Part shown: positions 1 to 11,600 of the stretch, piece by piece
How the letters are laid out: each line of letters starts with the position of its first letter
Numbering within the stretch: position 1 is the first letter of the stretch
Origin: an uncultured delta proteobacterium
GTDB lineage: Bacteria; Desulfobacterota; Binatia; Binatales; Binataceae
Reading direction: 5' to 3'
DNA length: 64,000 nt
Assembly: GCA_963794325.1 (NCBI GenBank)
Contig: CAWCDG010000005.1
Span: 256,001 to 320,000 of the forward strand
Made by a program: the position numbers and the translations under genes
Notes under the pieces: model-generated
What the model was told of the DNA's origin: nothing
Database searches by the model: none
What the model saw: the letters and a program-made list of their open reading frames with translations, nothing else

Positions 1-3148
<3,148 letters not shown>

Positions 3149-3273
3149 CTTTTTCCGATCTCAATACGCAAATTCGCCCTGCGGCGATGCGCGCGAGGAG
3201 CGCGCATGCCGCTGGCGTCACGACGATGATAGCAGAAAATCGTGTGGGAACGCGCGGGGATCAAAAAGAAGAG

Positions 3274-4116
3274 CTAGTGCGGGGAGCTGTCAGTACCGGC
3301 CGGCGCCGCATTCGCGATCGGCTCGCCGACCGCGCCTACTTTGACCGCGATTTGGAGCGAGGGACCATGAGTGTGCTCATCCGTGCCGTTTGGCCTGATC
3401 ACCGTTAGGTACATCGTATCTCCCGGCTTGAGCTGCGACATGGCGGACTCCAGATCGCTCTGGTCGCGGACGCGATTGCCGTCAACCGCGATAATCAGAT
3501 CTCCGCCCTGGCCCATCGCGCCGGAACTCGACAGCGCGTTGTTGGCCACGCTCGTACCAAAAGGAAGGCCAATCATTCCGGTCAGTGTCTGGACCGCCGC
3601 GCCGACCGCCGTCATGCCCGACCGCGCATGCAAACCCGCCTGCGCCGCTGGACTGTTGGGATCGATGGTCAGCACCTCGAGTCCGTGTAGCTCGCCGCCT
3701 TTGTAGCACTTCGAAACGTAGGCCGCGGTGATACCGAGGTAGGGGCGCGCATGCGGCCGGTTGCTATCGACGTTATTGTTCTGATTGCTGTTGAGGTTGC
3801 TCTCGTCATTACCGGTGCCGTTCTCGGTGCCCGGTCGAAAGTTGGGATCGATCGAAGAGGTATCCTCGCCCGGATTGAAATTCCGGTCGCTGGGAATTTC
3901 CTTGACGGCGGGCTTTGGCGCGACCAAGCCGGGTTGCGGGGCAATCTCAAGCGTCGCGTCGTCACTGCCGCCCTGCCCCGCTATTCCGTGCGTGACTGAA
4001 TCACCGCCGCCTTGCGAACCATTTTGCGAATCCTGGTTCTGCGCGATTGCAACGTGAGAGAACGCGAACAGCGCCGCTGTCGCTACTCCCAGGCTGAGAA
4101 TCTTTTGCAGCTTCAT
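3274..4116 (-). CDS. Secreted PDZ-domain protein
   Basis: Signal peptide MKLQKILSLG...AIA, N/Q/D-rich linker, and PDZ-like RPYLGI..VLTIDPNSPAAQAGL..GDLIIAVDG..KPGDT. Start taken at ATG 4116. Confidence 0.8.
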   Translation of the reverse strand: MKLQKILSLGVATAALFAFSHVAIAQNQDSQNGSQGGGDSVTHGIAGQGGSDDATLEIAPQPGLVAPKPAVKEIPSDRNFNPGEDTSSIDPNFRPGTENGTGNDESNLNSNQNNNVDSNRPHARPYLGITAAYVSKCYKGGELHGLEVLTIDPNSPAAQAGLHARSGMTAVGAAVQTLTGMIGLPFGTSVANNALSSSGAMGQGGDLIIAVDGNRVRDQSDLESAMSQLKPGDTMYLTVIRPNGTDEHTHGPSLQIAVKVGAVGEPIANAAPAGTDSSPH

Positions 4117-4240
4117 CTTTGTCACTATCGGTCGATCCGGCGATCCAGTGGCTGTCCAAATATAAGCCCGCTGTGAGATCTCCTCAAGCTGGACGATTTC
4201 TCCTTGAAGGCCGCGCAAACCCATGCGAGAGTTTTGCTCG

Positions 4241-5248
4241 ATGAAAATAATTTCCACAGTTGCGCTCCAACCTGCGCATCGCGCCGCGATTGCGCACGCC
4301 GTGCCCGGAGCCGAGGTGCTCGACCGGGAGGTTCGGTCGCGAGAGGACTTCAGCGAGCTGCTGAGCGGAGGATGCGATGTCCTGCTGACGTTCCGGCTGC
4401 CGCACGACGCCGTGGAACGAGCGCCGAACATCCGCTGGATTCAATTGCTCAGCGCGGGCGCCGACCATGCGCTGGGCGGCCCGCTCAAGGGCAGCTCGAT
4501 ACCGCTCACGACTGCCAGTGGGATTCATGCGACGCCGATCGCGGAATACACGCTAGGGTCGATGCTGGCATATGCGCATCGGATTCATCTGGCGATTCGC
4601 GCGCAGATTCGCCATGAGTGGTCGCGTTCCCGCGTCTTAACCGAAAATATCGACGAGCTCCGCGGGCACACGATTGGAATCATTGGCTACGGGTCAATCG
4701 GCAGGGAAACTGCGCGGCTCGCGCAAACATTCGGGATGACGGTGCTGGCGCTCAAGCGCGACCCGGCCAACCGCGCAGATACTGGATGGTGTCCCGCGGG
4801 GCTGGGCGATCCCGACGGCAAAATTCCCGCTCGCTTCTACGGTCCCGATGAACGCGAAGCGATCTTGCGCGACAGCGACTACGTGTCGGTCACGCTCCCG
4901 CTCAGCGCGCACACGCGCAAATTTATCGGCGCACGGGAAATCGCCGCGATGAAACCGGGCGCATACCTGGTCAACATCGGGCGCGGCCAGGTGATCGACG
5001 AGGCCGCGATGATCGCGGCGCTGAAGGCGGGCAAGATTGGCGGCGCGGGGCTGGACGTATTCGAGCACGAGCCGCTCGAACCGGACAGTCCGCTGTGGGA
5101 CATGGAGAACGTGATTCTGACGCCACACGTGTCGGGCGACAATCGCGGGTATATGGACAAGGCCTGCGAGCTATTCGTAGAGAACCTGAAACGCTTCGCC
5201 GCCAATCGTCCGCTGCTGAACCTGGTCGATCCGAACCTCGGCTATTAG
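4241..5248 (+). CDS. D-2-hydroxyacid dehydrogenase
   Basis: GIIGYGSIG Rossmann motif, VNIGRG, LDVFEHEPL, TPHVSG. Confidence 0.93.
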   Translation: MKIISTVALQPAHRAAIAHAVPGAEVLDREVRSREDFSELLSGGCDVLLTFRLPHDAVERAPNIRWIQLLSAGADHALGGPLKGSSIPLTTASGIHATPIAEYTLGSMLAYAHRIHLAIRAQIRHEWSRSRVLTENIDELRGHTIGIIGYGSIGRETARLAQTFGMTVLALKRDPANRADTGWCPAGLGDPDGKIPARFYGPDEREAILRDSDYVSVTLPLSAHTRKFIGAREIAAMKPGAYLVNIGRGQVIDEAAMIAALKAGKIGGAGLDVFEHEPLEPDSPLWDMENVILTPHVSGDNRGYMDKACELFVENLKRFAANRPLLNLVDPNLGY

Positions 5249-5255
5249 CTTCACG

Positions 5256-5284
5256 TTGACACTGGCTATCGGCTGTTCTAGATT
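5256..5284 (+). promoter_or_regulatory. Sigma70-type promoter for the exosortase cluster
   Basis: TTGACA (5256-5261), 17-nt spacer, TAGATT (5279-5284); about 40 nt upstream of ATG 5326. Confidence 0.75.
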
Positions 5285-5325
5285 CACGCCGCGTTCCGCT
5301 AATCAGTATCGATACAAACAAAATA

Positions 5326-7074
5326 ATGGCGAAAGGTGCGCATTCGCTGGCACAGGGTACTACCCTGGAACCGTCGATCGCGCCGGATACGATTCCGATC
5401 GCGTCGGGCTCGCGTGATCTCAATCGCCAGGTCTCCGCACCCCCATACGTCGCGTTCCTGATCGTCGTTCTGTCCGGCGAAGTTATAGCTTACTACCGTT
5501 TTTCAAATTCAGCGGCGATTCTCATGCAAGGCGGTCCCGACGTCCGCTACTTGCTGATCATGCTCACGGAATGGATCCGCTACATGATCCTGGCTGCGGC
5601 AGCGACGACGATTCTGCTGAGCCGGAACGAGTTTGCCGCGACAGCGATGCGGATGTGGGTCACCCCGGTTCCGATTTCCAGACGCAAGAAAATTCTCGCG
5701 ATTCAAGTGATACTGGCGGGCGCGCTGGTGGCGTGGAGCGGCATCCGTCCCAGGTATTTTGCGTCGCCGGAAGCTGTCGCGGGCTGGGCGCTGGTCCGGC
5801 TGGCGCTGGCCATGGGCGCGATGGCGACGTTCGCGATCGCATTTACTCCACTCGAGGTCTGGCGCGAATGGTACCTCGCGCGGCCGGGCGCATTCCGAGC
5901 AGGCCTCGTCGTTGGACTCGTCGCCGGGCCCGTCCTGCGAAACTTCCTTCCAATGTTCTCTTCGGCAATGTGTGAGATTCCTATTCTGACGGCGGCGATG
6001 TACGACTTTACCATTTGGATCGCGGCCGCGACGCTGAGGGCGCTTGGACAGCATGCGGTGATCAACTGGCAGCGCCAGTCCATCGGGGTCCCGGGTTTCA
6101 GGGTTATTGTCTCGCCGCAATGCGCGGGAATCGATGGCATCGTTGTTATCACGCTTTTTCTTACGGCATATCTCTGGTTTTGCCGCCGCGATTTGCGATT
6201 CCCGGTTGCTCTGATCCTTCTTCCGCTGGGCATGATTCTGAGTTGGATTTTGAACGACGTCCGGCTCACGGCGTTGATAATGATTGGCCCGCACAATCCG
6301 AAGATCGCGATAGGATTTTTTCACACGATCGCAGGATGGGCCTTCCTCAATCTGCTGGGAATCGCGATGGTTGTATCGAGCCGGACTATGTCCATCTTCC
6401 GCGCGGAACCACTCGACGCGCTCCCGCAGGCGAGCGAGCGAACCTCGTCAGCGGACATGTATATCCTTCCGATGCTGGTGACACTCGCGGTCGGGATGCT
6501 GACCCGGCCGTTCGCGGCGTCACTCGACTTTCTATATCCGTTGACCGTGATTGCAACCGCCGCGGTCTTGTTCGCGTATCGCGGCAAGATCTTGGCACTC
6601 GGATGGAATCCAGACTGGACCGCGCCAGCGGCGGGCGCCGTGGTTTTTGCGATCTGGATTGCGATCGCGCGACAGTCCGGGACGTTGCACGATTCGGCGA
6701 TGGCGGCTTCGTTGCAAAGCCTTCCTGATTGGGACCGCTGCTGCTGGCTAGTATTCCGGGTGGCGGGCGCGGTGATCAGCGTGCCTATCGCGGAAGAGTT
6801 GTTTTTTCGCGGTTACCTGTTGAGAAAGCTGGTCTCGGCGGACTTCGAATCCGTCGATGCGCGGCAGTTCACCTGGATGTCTTTTCTAATCTCGTCGATG
6901 TTATTCGGCGTGCTGCATCGTAATTGGATCGGCGGCATCCTTGCGGGGATGGGCTTCGCAATCGTGCAATATCGGCGCGGACGGCTGACCGACGCAATCG
7001 TCGCGCATTCCGCCTGCAATGCGCTGGTGGCGGCGTACGTGATAGCGACGGGCAGTTGGGGACTATGGAATTAG
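5326..7074 (+). CDS. xrtE: Exosortase E-like / CPBP (CAAX) intramembrane protease fusion
   Basis: Polytopic membrane protein. Exosortase Cys-Arg-His triad in SPQCAGIDG, LNDVRL and FFHTIAGW. C-terminal CPBP motifs EELFFRGYL, FGVLH and AHSACN. Architecture matches the exosortase E/protease of VPEID-CTERM systems. Confidence 0.88.
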   Translation: MAKGAHSLAQGTTLEPSIAPDTIPIASGSRDLNRQVSAPPYVAFLIVVLSGEVIAYYRFSNSAAILMQGGPDVRYLLIMLTEWIRYMILAAAATTILLSRNEFAATAMRMWVTPVPISRRKKILAIQVILAGALVAWSGIRPRYFASPEAVAGWALVRLALAMGAMATFAIAFTPLEVWREWYLARPGAFRAGLVVGLVAGPVLRNFLPMFSSAMCEIPILTAAMYDFTIWIAAATLRALGQHAVINWQRQSIGVPGFRVIVSPQCAGIDGIVVITLFLTAYLWFCRRDLRFPVALILLPLGMILSWILNDVRLTALIMIGPHNPKIAIGFFHTIAGWAFLNLLGIAMVVSSRTMSIFRAEPLDALPQASERTSSADMYILPMLVTLAVGMLTRPFAASLDFLYPLTVIATAAVLFAYRGKILALGWNPDWTAPAAGAVVFAIWIAIARQSGTLHDSAMAASLQSLPDWDRCCWLVFRVAGAVISVPIAEELFFRGYLLRKLVSADFESVDARQFTWMSFLISSMLFGVLHRNWIGGILAGMGFAIVQYRRGRLTDAIVAHSACNALVAAYVIATGSWGLWN

Positions 7075-8118
7075 CGCCTCGACCTTTCCGGCTTACGACC
7101 GGGGCGAGCGCAGCGGTGTTCTCGATTTTGGCGGCCGGCCTGATTGCCGGTTCCATCCTCTATACACACATCGCCGCGACCCACCCGGGTGCACTGGTGG
7201 GAATGCCGGCGCTTGCGGGGATGAACAACCTGAGGCTGTCGCGCTTTCTGCTGGGCGCGGGGATCTGGGCTGCGGCCGTACTGATGTGGAGCTTCGCGCT
7301 CCAGCGGCTATTTCCGATGGACGCGTCCGATCGCATGATGACGCGAGGCCTCTGGTTCGATTCGATCTGGTTCGGCGGGGAGCTGGCGCGCCAACTGACC
7401 TGGATACCCCTGTATTTCGTTTTTCTCATCTGGATCAAGCGCAACCTGCTCGGCAACTTCGAATTGATTGCGCCAGGAACGATGCCACGCGCGATGCTGC
7501 TGATCGTAGGCAATATTGGCCGGTGATTTTCTCGCCTACCTAAGTCACATCGCACGGCATCGATTCGATTTTCTGTGGAATTTTCATGCCGTCCACCACT
7601 CGCAAAGGGAACTCAACTTATTCACGCAGCATCGCTTTCACGACCTTGATACTTTCGCCGACATGGCGATCAGGACTTTGCCGGTTTTGATTCTGACGCC
7701 GGGTCTCGTCGTGGTTGGCGTTTACAATACTGTGGCGCTGATTCATTTTCGCCTCTACCATTGCCCGATCCGATCGAACTACGGACCGTTGCGATACATC
7801 CTGGTGACGCCGCAGTCTCATCGCATTCATCACGCGAGCGATCCGCGCCTGCAGAATAGTAATTTCGGAATATTCTTTAGCGTGTGGGATCATATTTTCG
7901 GGACGCAGCATCGCTCCTACGATGAGTACGAAGTACAGCTCGGCCTTCAGGATGTTGCCTTTCCCGTCGAACAGGACGCTTCCGTAGGCGAATTTGTCGC
8001 AGCGTATGCGGCGCAACTGGTCTATCCGCTCGCGAGACTTCTACACGCGACTACACCCGCAACGGCGCCAGAGTTAGTGGGCAACAAAGGATTTGAAATA
8101 ACGAAGTCATCCGAGTAG
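7065..8118 (+). CDS. Fatty-acid hydroxylase / sterol desaturase family protein, split by a 1-nt frameshift near 7510
   Basis: ATG 7065 overlaps the xrtE stop. His boxes HIARH, HAVHH, HRFH, HRIHH and NFG..WDHIFGT. Removing one G at 7509-7510 joins the frames (..LIVAILAGDFLAY..). Confidence 0.85.
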
Positions 8119-8149
8119 ATAAGGCTGTCACTGGGGAGGATCAGATTGG

Positions 8150-8338
8150 ATGAGAGATGCGTTGCGAGTCGCCGGGGTTGTGGCGTTGATCGTATTCGTT
8201 CTCGTACCGGGAGCCGCGTTTGCGGGGGCCCCAGTGGCGGCGCCTGAGCTCGATCCAGGTCTAGGTATAGCGGGGTTGGCGTTGCTGGGTGGCACCGCCG
8301 CTTTTGTAGTCGAGCGCTATCGCCGGCGTTCGAAGTAA
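8150..8338 (+). CDS. APELD-CTERM micro-substrate 1 (core GAPVA)
   Basis: SD GGAGG, 25-aa signal peptide ending AFA, APELDP, hydrophobic helix, ERYRRRSK. Confidence 0.88.
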   Translation: MRDALRVAGVVALIVFVLVPGAAFAGAPVAAPELDPGLGIAGLALLGGTAAFVVERYRRRSK

Positions 8339-8382
8339 GAGACTGGTAACCGGGGGAGATTGGGTTCGTCAGAGAGGATCAG

Positions 8383-8568
8383 ATGGAGAATGCGTTGCGA
8401 GTGGCTGGGGTTGTGGGATTGATAGTCTTCGTTGTCGCGCCCAGAGCCGCGTTAGCAGGTGCGGTCGGCGCACCTGAGCTCGACCCGAGCCTCGGCATCG
8501 CGGGGTTAGCGTTGCTGGGTGGCACCGCCGCTTTTGTAATCGAGCGTTATCGGCGCCGCGCGAAATAA
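8383..8568 (+). CDS. APELD-CTERM micro-substrate 2 (core GAVG)
   Basis: SD GAGGA, signal peptide ending ALA, APELDP-TM-ERYRRRAK; paralog of its neighbours. Confidence 0.88.
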   Translation: MENALRVAGVVGLIVFVVAPRAALAGAVGAPELDPSLGIAGLALLGGTAAFVIERYRRRAK

Positions 8569-8587
8569 CCGGGAGGAGTCGGACTCA

Positions 8588-8773
8588 ATGAAAGATATGA
8601 TCCGCTTCGCGGGGGTCCTTGCGTTGATTGCATTCGTTCTCGCACCGGGAGCCGCGTTCGCTGGTATCACGCCGGCGCCTGAGCTCGATCCAAGCCTGGG
8701 TATCGCTGGGTTGGCGTTGATGGGTGGAACTGCAGCCTTTGTAATCGAGCGTTATCGGCGGCGTTCGAAATAA
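8588..8773 (+). CDS. APELD-CTERM micro-substrate 3 (core GITP)
   Basis: SD GGAGGAG, signal peptide ending AFA, APELDP-TM-ERYRRRSK. Confidence 0.88.
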   Translation: MKDMIRFAGVLALIAFVLAPGAAFAGITPAPELDPSLGIAGLALMGGTAAFVIERYRRRSK

Positions 8774-8792
8774 CCGGGAGGAGTCGGATTCA

Positions 8793-8975
8793 ATGAAAGA
8801 TACGATCCGAGTCGCGGGGGTCCTTGCATTGATCGCGTTCGTTCTCGCACCGGGAGCCGCGTTGGCGAGTGTGGGCGCGCCTGAGCTTGATCCAGGCATG
8901 AGCGTCGCTGGGTTGGCGTTGCTGGGCGGTTCAGCCGCTTTTGTAATCGAGCGTTATCGGCGCCGCCCGAAGTAA
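8793..8975 (+). CDS. APELD-CTERM micro-substrate 4 (core SVG)
   Basis: SD GGAGGAG, signal peptide ending ALA, APELDP-TM-ERYRRRPK. Confidence 0.88.
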   Translation: MKDTIRVAGVLALIAFVLAPGAALASVGAPELDPGMSVAGLALLGGSAAFVIERYRRRPK

Positions 8976-9002
8976 GACCTCGATCCGTTCCTTTGCAGAA
9001 GG

Positions 9003-10454
9003 CTATCGGGCCTGCAGTTTCGCCAAGAACCGTTCCTTTAATCCATCGAACGGGCCGTTCGACATGAACAGCGCGATGTCGCCTGAGCGCGCGTCGGCGA
9101 GCATCCGCTCGAGGATTTCATCGTTCGACGCGCACGCAATCGCATGCGCTCCGCGCGCGCTGATCGCACTGGCGAGCGCGCCAGTTTCGAGCCGCTCGTT
9201 CGGGGCGATCTGATCGTTCTCCTTGAAATAGACCGGCCCCAGGTAAACCCGCGAGGCTCGATCGAATGCGCACGCGAATGCGTTTTGGAAAACGTTACGC
9301 CGCGCCGTGTTCGAGCGTGGCTCGAACGCCGCAAGTATACGACGGCCGGGAAATCGCTCGGCGATCGCTTCGAGCGTGACGCCGATCGCCGTCGGATGAT
9401 GCGCGAAGTCGTCCACCACGGTCACTCCTGCCGCCTCGCCGATCACCTGCTGCCGCCGCACCACGCCTTTGAAGGTCCGCAGGCCGGCGGCGATCTCGTC
9501 GCCGGAAACTCCAAACGCGCTGAGCAGCACGTAAACGCCGAGCGCATTGGCGACGTTCATGCGGCCGCCGATCGGCAGATGGATCGATTCGTGGATTCGA
9601 TCGCCGTCGCGCGTCACCGAAAATCTCGCGCCGTCTGAGCCTACCGTCACGTCCGTCGCGCGATATTCACCTTCGCGCAGTCCGTAGGTGAGCCGTCGCG
9701 AGCGAGCGCTCGCGCTGACTTCGAGTGCGTGCGGAAAATCGGCGCATACCGCGAGCACGCGCCACGAATCCATCTGATCGACGAGCGCACGGAAGCTCGA
9801 CTTCACGTGCTCGAGATCGCGATAGATATCCGCATGATCGAATTCCACCGCGGTGATTATCGCGCCGCTGGCGCGGTAGTGCAGAAACTTCGGGCCTTTG
9901 TCGAAAAATGCGGTGTCGTACTCGTCGCCCTCGATCACGAAGTCGGCGCCATTGCCTAACCGGTAGTTCGAGCCGAAATCGCTTGCGACACCTCCAACCA
10001 GCATCGATGGGTCGCGGCCCGCGGCTTCGAGCACGTGCGCCATCATCGCGGTTGAAGTGGTCTTGCCATGCGTTCCCGTGATCATCAGCACGCGCCGGTC
10101 CTTCAGAAAAAAATGCCAGAGCGCCTCGGGCATCGAGAGATATGGAATCGGCGAAGCGAGGAGCGCGACGGCTTCGGGATTGGCCGGCACGATCACGTTG
10201 CCCACCACGGCCAGGTCGGGAGCAGGCGATAAATTCGCGGGCGAAAATCCGGTCATCAATTCGACTCGCGAATTTTTGAGCAGCGACAGGGTTGGCTCGT
10301 AGAGCTGATTGTCGGAGCCGGTGACAGAAAATCCGCGCTCGACCAGCATCCCGGCCAGCGCAGCCATCGCGGTGCCGCCGACTCCTACAAGGTGCACGCG
10401 GCGGACGGACGCTGGAATGCGCGCGAGGCGCGATGCGCTTGCAACATCAGCCAC
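9003..10454 (-). CDS. mpl: Murein peptide ligase (UDP-MurNAc:tripeptide ligase)
   Basis: GVGGTAM, GTHGKTTS, EGDEYDTAFFDKGPKF, DDFAHHP, FEPRSNT. Confidence 0.88.
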   Translation of the reverse strand: MADVASASRLARIPASVRRVHLVGVGGTAMAALAGMLVERGFSVTGSDNQLYEPTLSLLKNSRVELMTGFSPANLSPAPDLAVVGNVIVPANPEAVALLASPIPYLSMPEALWHFFLKDRRVLMITGTHGKTTSTAMMAHVLEAAGRDPSMLVGGVASDFGSNYRLGNGADFVIEGDEYDTAFFDKGPKFLHYRASGAIITAVEFDHADIYRDLEHVKSSFRALVDQMDSWRVLAVCADFPHALEVSASARSRRLTYGLREGEYRATDVTVGSDGARFSVTRDGDRIHESIHLPIGGRMNVANALGVYVLLSAFGVSGDEIAAGLRTFKGVVRRQQVIGEAAGVTVVDDFAHHPTAIGVTLEAIAERFPGRRILAAFEPRSNTARRNVFQNAFACAFDRASRVYLGPVYFKENDQIAPNERLETGALASAISARGAHAIACASNDEILERMLADARSGDIALFMSNGPFDGLKERFLAKLQAR

Positions 10455-11577
10455 TGGCGAGTGCGTCCATGATCAAATCGTGAATCTTCGGGCGGAAGTC
10501 GCGAATCTTCTGATTGTCGCGCCGCGGATGAACGCGGTTGGTCAGCATCGAGATCGCAACTTCGCTCTCCGGCTCGATCCAGATAGAAGTCCCGGTGAAG
10601 CCGAGATGCCCGACAGCCGCAGGCGAGAAGCGATGGCCCGAGCTGGAATGCTCGGCCGACGGCGTGTCCCATCCGAGCGCCCAGGTCGAGCCGGGCACGG
10701 TCGCATCGCGGGTCCAGAACTCGCGGATTATTTTCTGCGGCACGAAATCCGAGCGTCCCGCGTAACAGGCGATCAGCTCGCCAGCGATTCGATCGACCTC
10801 GCGCACCGGCGCGAACAGTCCCGCATGACCGGCGACTCCGCCCATCGCGAAGGCGTTCTCGTCGTCAACCTCGCCGACCAGCAGTCGCTTGCGTGAAGGG
10901 CAAATCTCGGTTGGCGCGAACATGTCGGGGACCGGCTCGAGGCGCCGCGACCGAACATGCGAGATGTCTATATAATCGGTCGCGCGCAAACCGAGCGGGC
11001 GGAAAATTTTCTCGCGGCAGAATCGGTTGAGCGCGACGCTCGATACCTTCTCGATCGTTTCGCCGAGCAGGATGAATCCAAGATCCGAGTATATAGTTTT
11101 GGTCGCGGGCGTCGCTTCGGGTTTCTCGCGATGAATCTCCTCGTAGGCGAACTCCTTGGCGCCGTAGCTCGCCATGAAATTCACCCGCCCGCCTTTTTCG
11201 ATTTCCGCAATCCGCTGATAGAACGGACGCCACGCCGCCAGGCCCGAACAATGCGCCAGCAGATGCCGAAACGTGATGACGGTCTTGCCGTGCACGCCAA
11301 AGTTCGGGAAAAAGCGCGTCGCGCGATCGTCGAGGCGAAACTTGCCGTCGCGCGCCAGAATCATCAGCGCGACCGTCGTCGCCAGCGCCTTGGTGAGCGA
11401 CGACAGGTCGTAAACAGTTTCGAGTTTGGCTGGCGAACGGGCCGGCTCGATCGACCTGAATCCGAACGCGCCTTCGAACGCGACATCCGCGCCGTGCCGC
11501 ACGACCAGCGTCGCGCCGGGAATCACCCCTTGCTCGACCGCGTCGTTGAAAGCCTGCTCGACCTCACTCCAACCCAA
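10447..11577 (-). CDS. Serine hydrolase, beta-lactamase/AmpC-like family
   Basis: SxxK (SLTK), YSDLG, GHAGLF, HLGFTGT, LTNRVHP. Confidence 0.9.
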   Translation of the reverse strand: MGWSEVEQAFNDAVEQGVIPGATLVVRHGADVAFEGAFGFRSIEPARSPAKLETVYDLSSLTKALATTVALMILARDGKFRLDDRATRFFPNFGVHGKTVITFRHLLAHCSGLAAWRPFYQRIAEIEKGGRVNFMASYGAKEFAYEEIHREKPEATPATKTIYSDLGFILLGETIEKVSSVALNRFCREKIFRPLGLRATDYIDISHVRSRRLEPVPDMFAPTEICPSRKRLLVGEVDDENAFAMGGVAGHAGLFAPVREVDRIAGELIACYAGRSDFVPQKIIREFWTRDATVPGSTWALGWDTPSAEHSSSGHRFSPAAVGHLGFTGTSIWIEPESEVAISMLTNRVHPRRDNQKIRDFRPKIHDLIMDALASG

Positions 11578-11600
11578 CGCCCATCCTCCAAAAACTGCCG

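Noticed and set aside
5348-5363. TGGCAC as a sigma54 -24 box, as seen at classical PEP-CTERM genes
   Set aside because: There is no TTGC at the -12 position (it reads ACTA), it lies inside the CDS, and a good sigma70 promoter exists upstream.
8150-8975. The ~205-bp periodic repeat as a CRISPR array or non-coding repeat
   Set aside because: The units are diverged open reading frames with SD sites and mostly synonymous or conservative changes; there are no identical short repeats with unique spacers and no cas genes.
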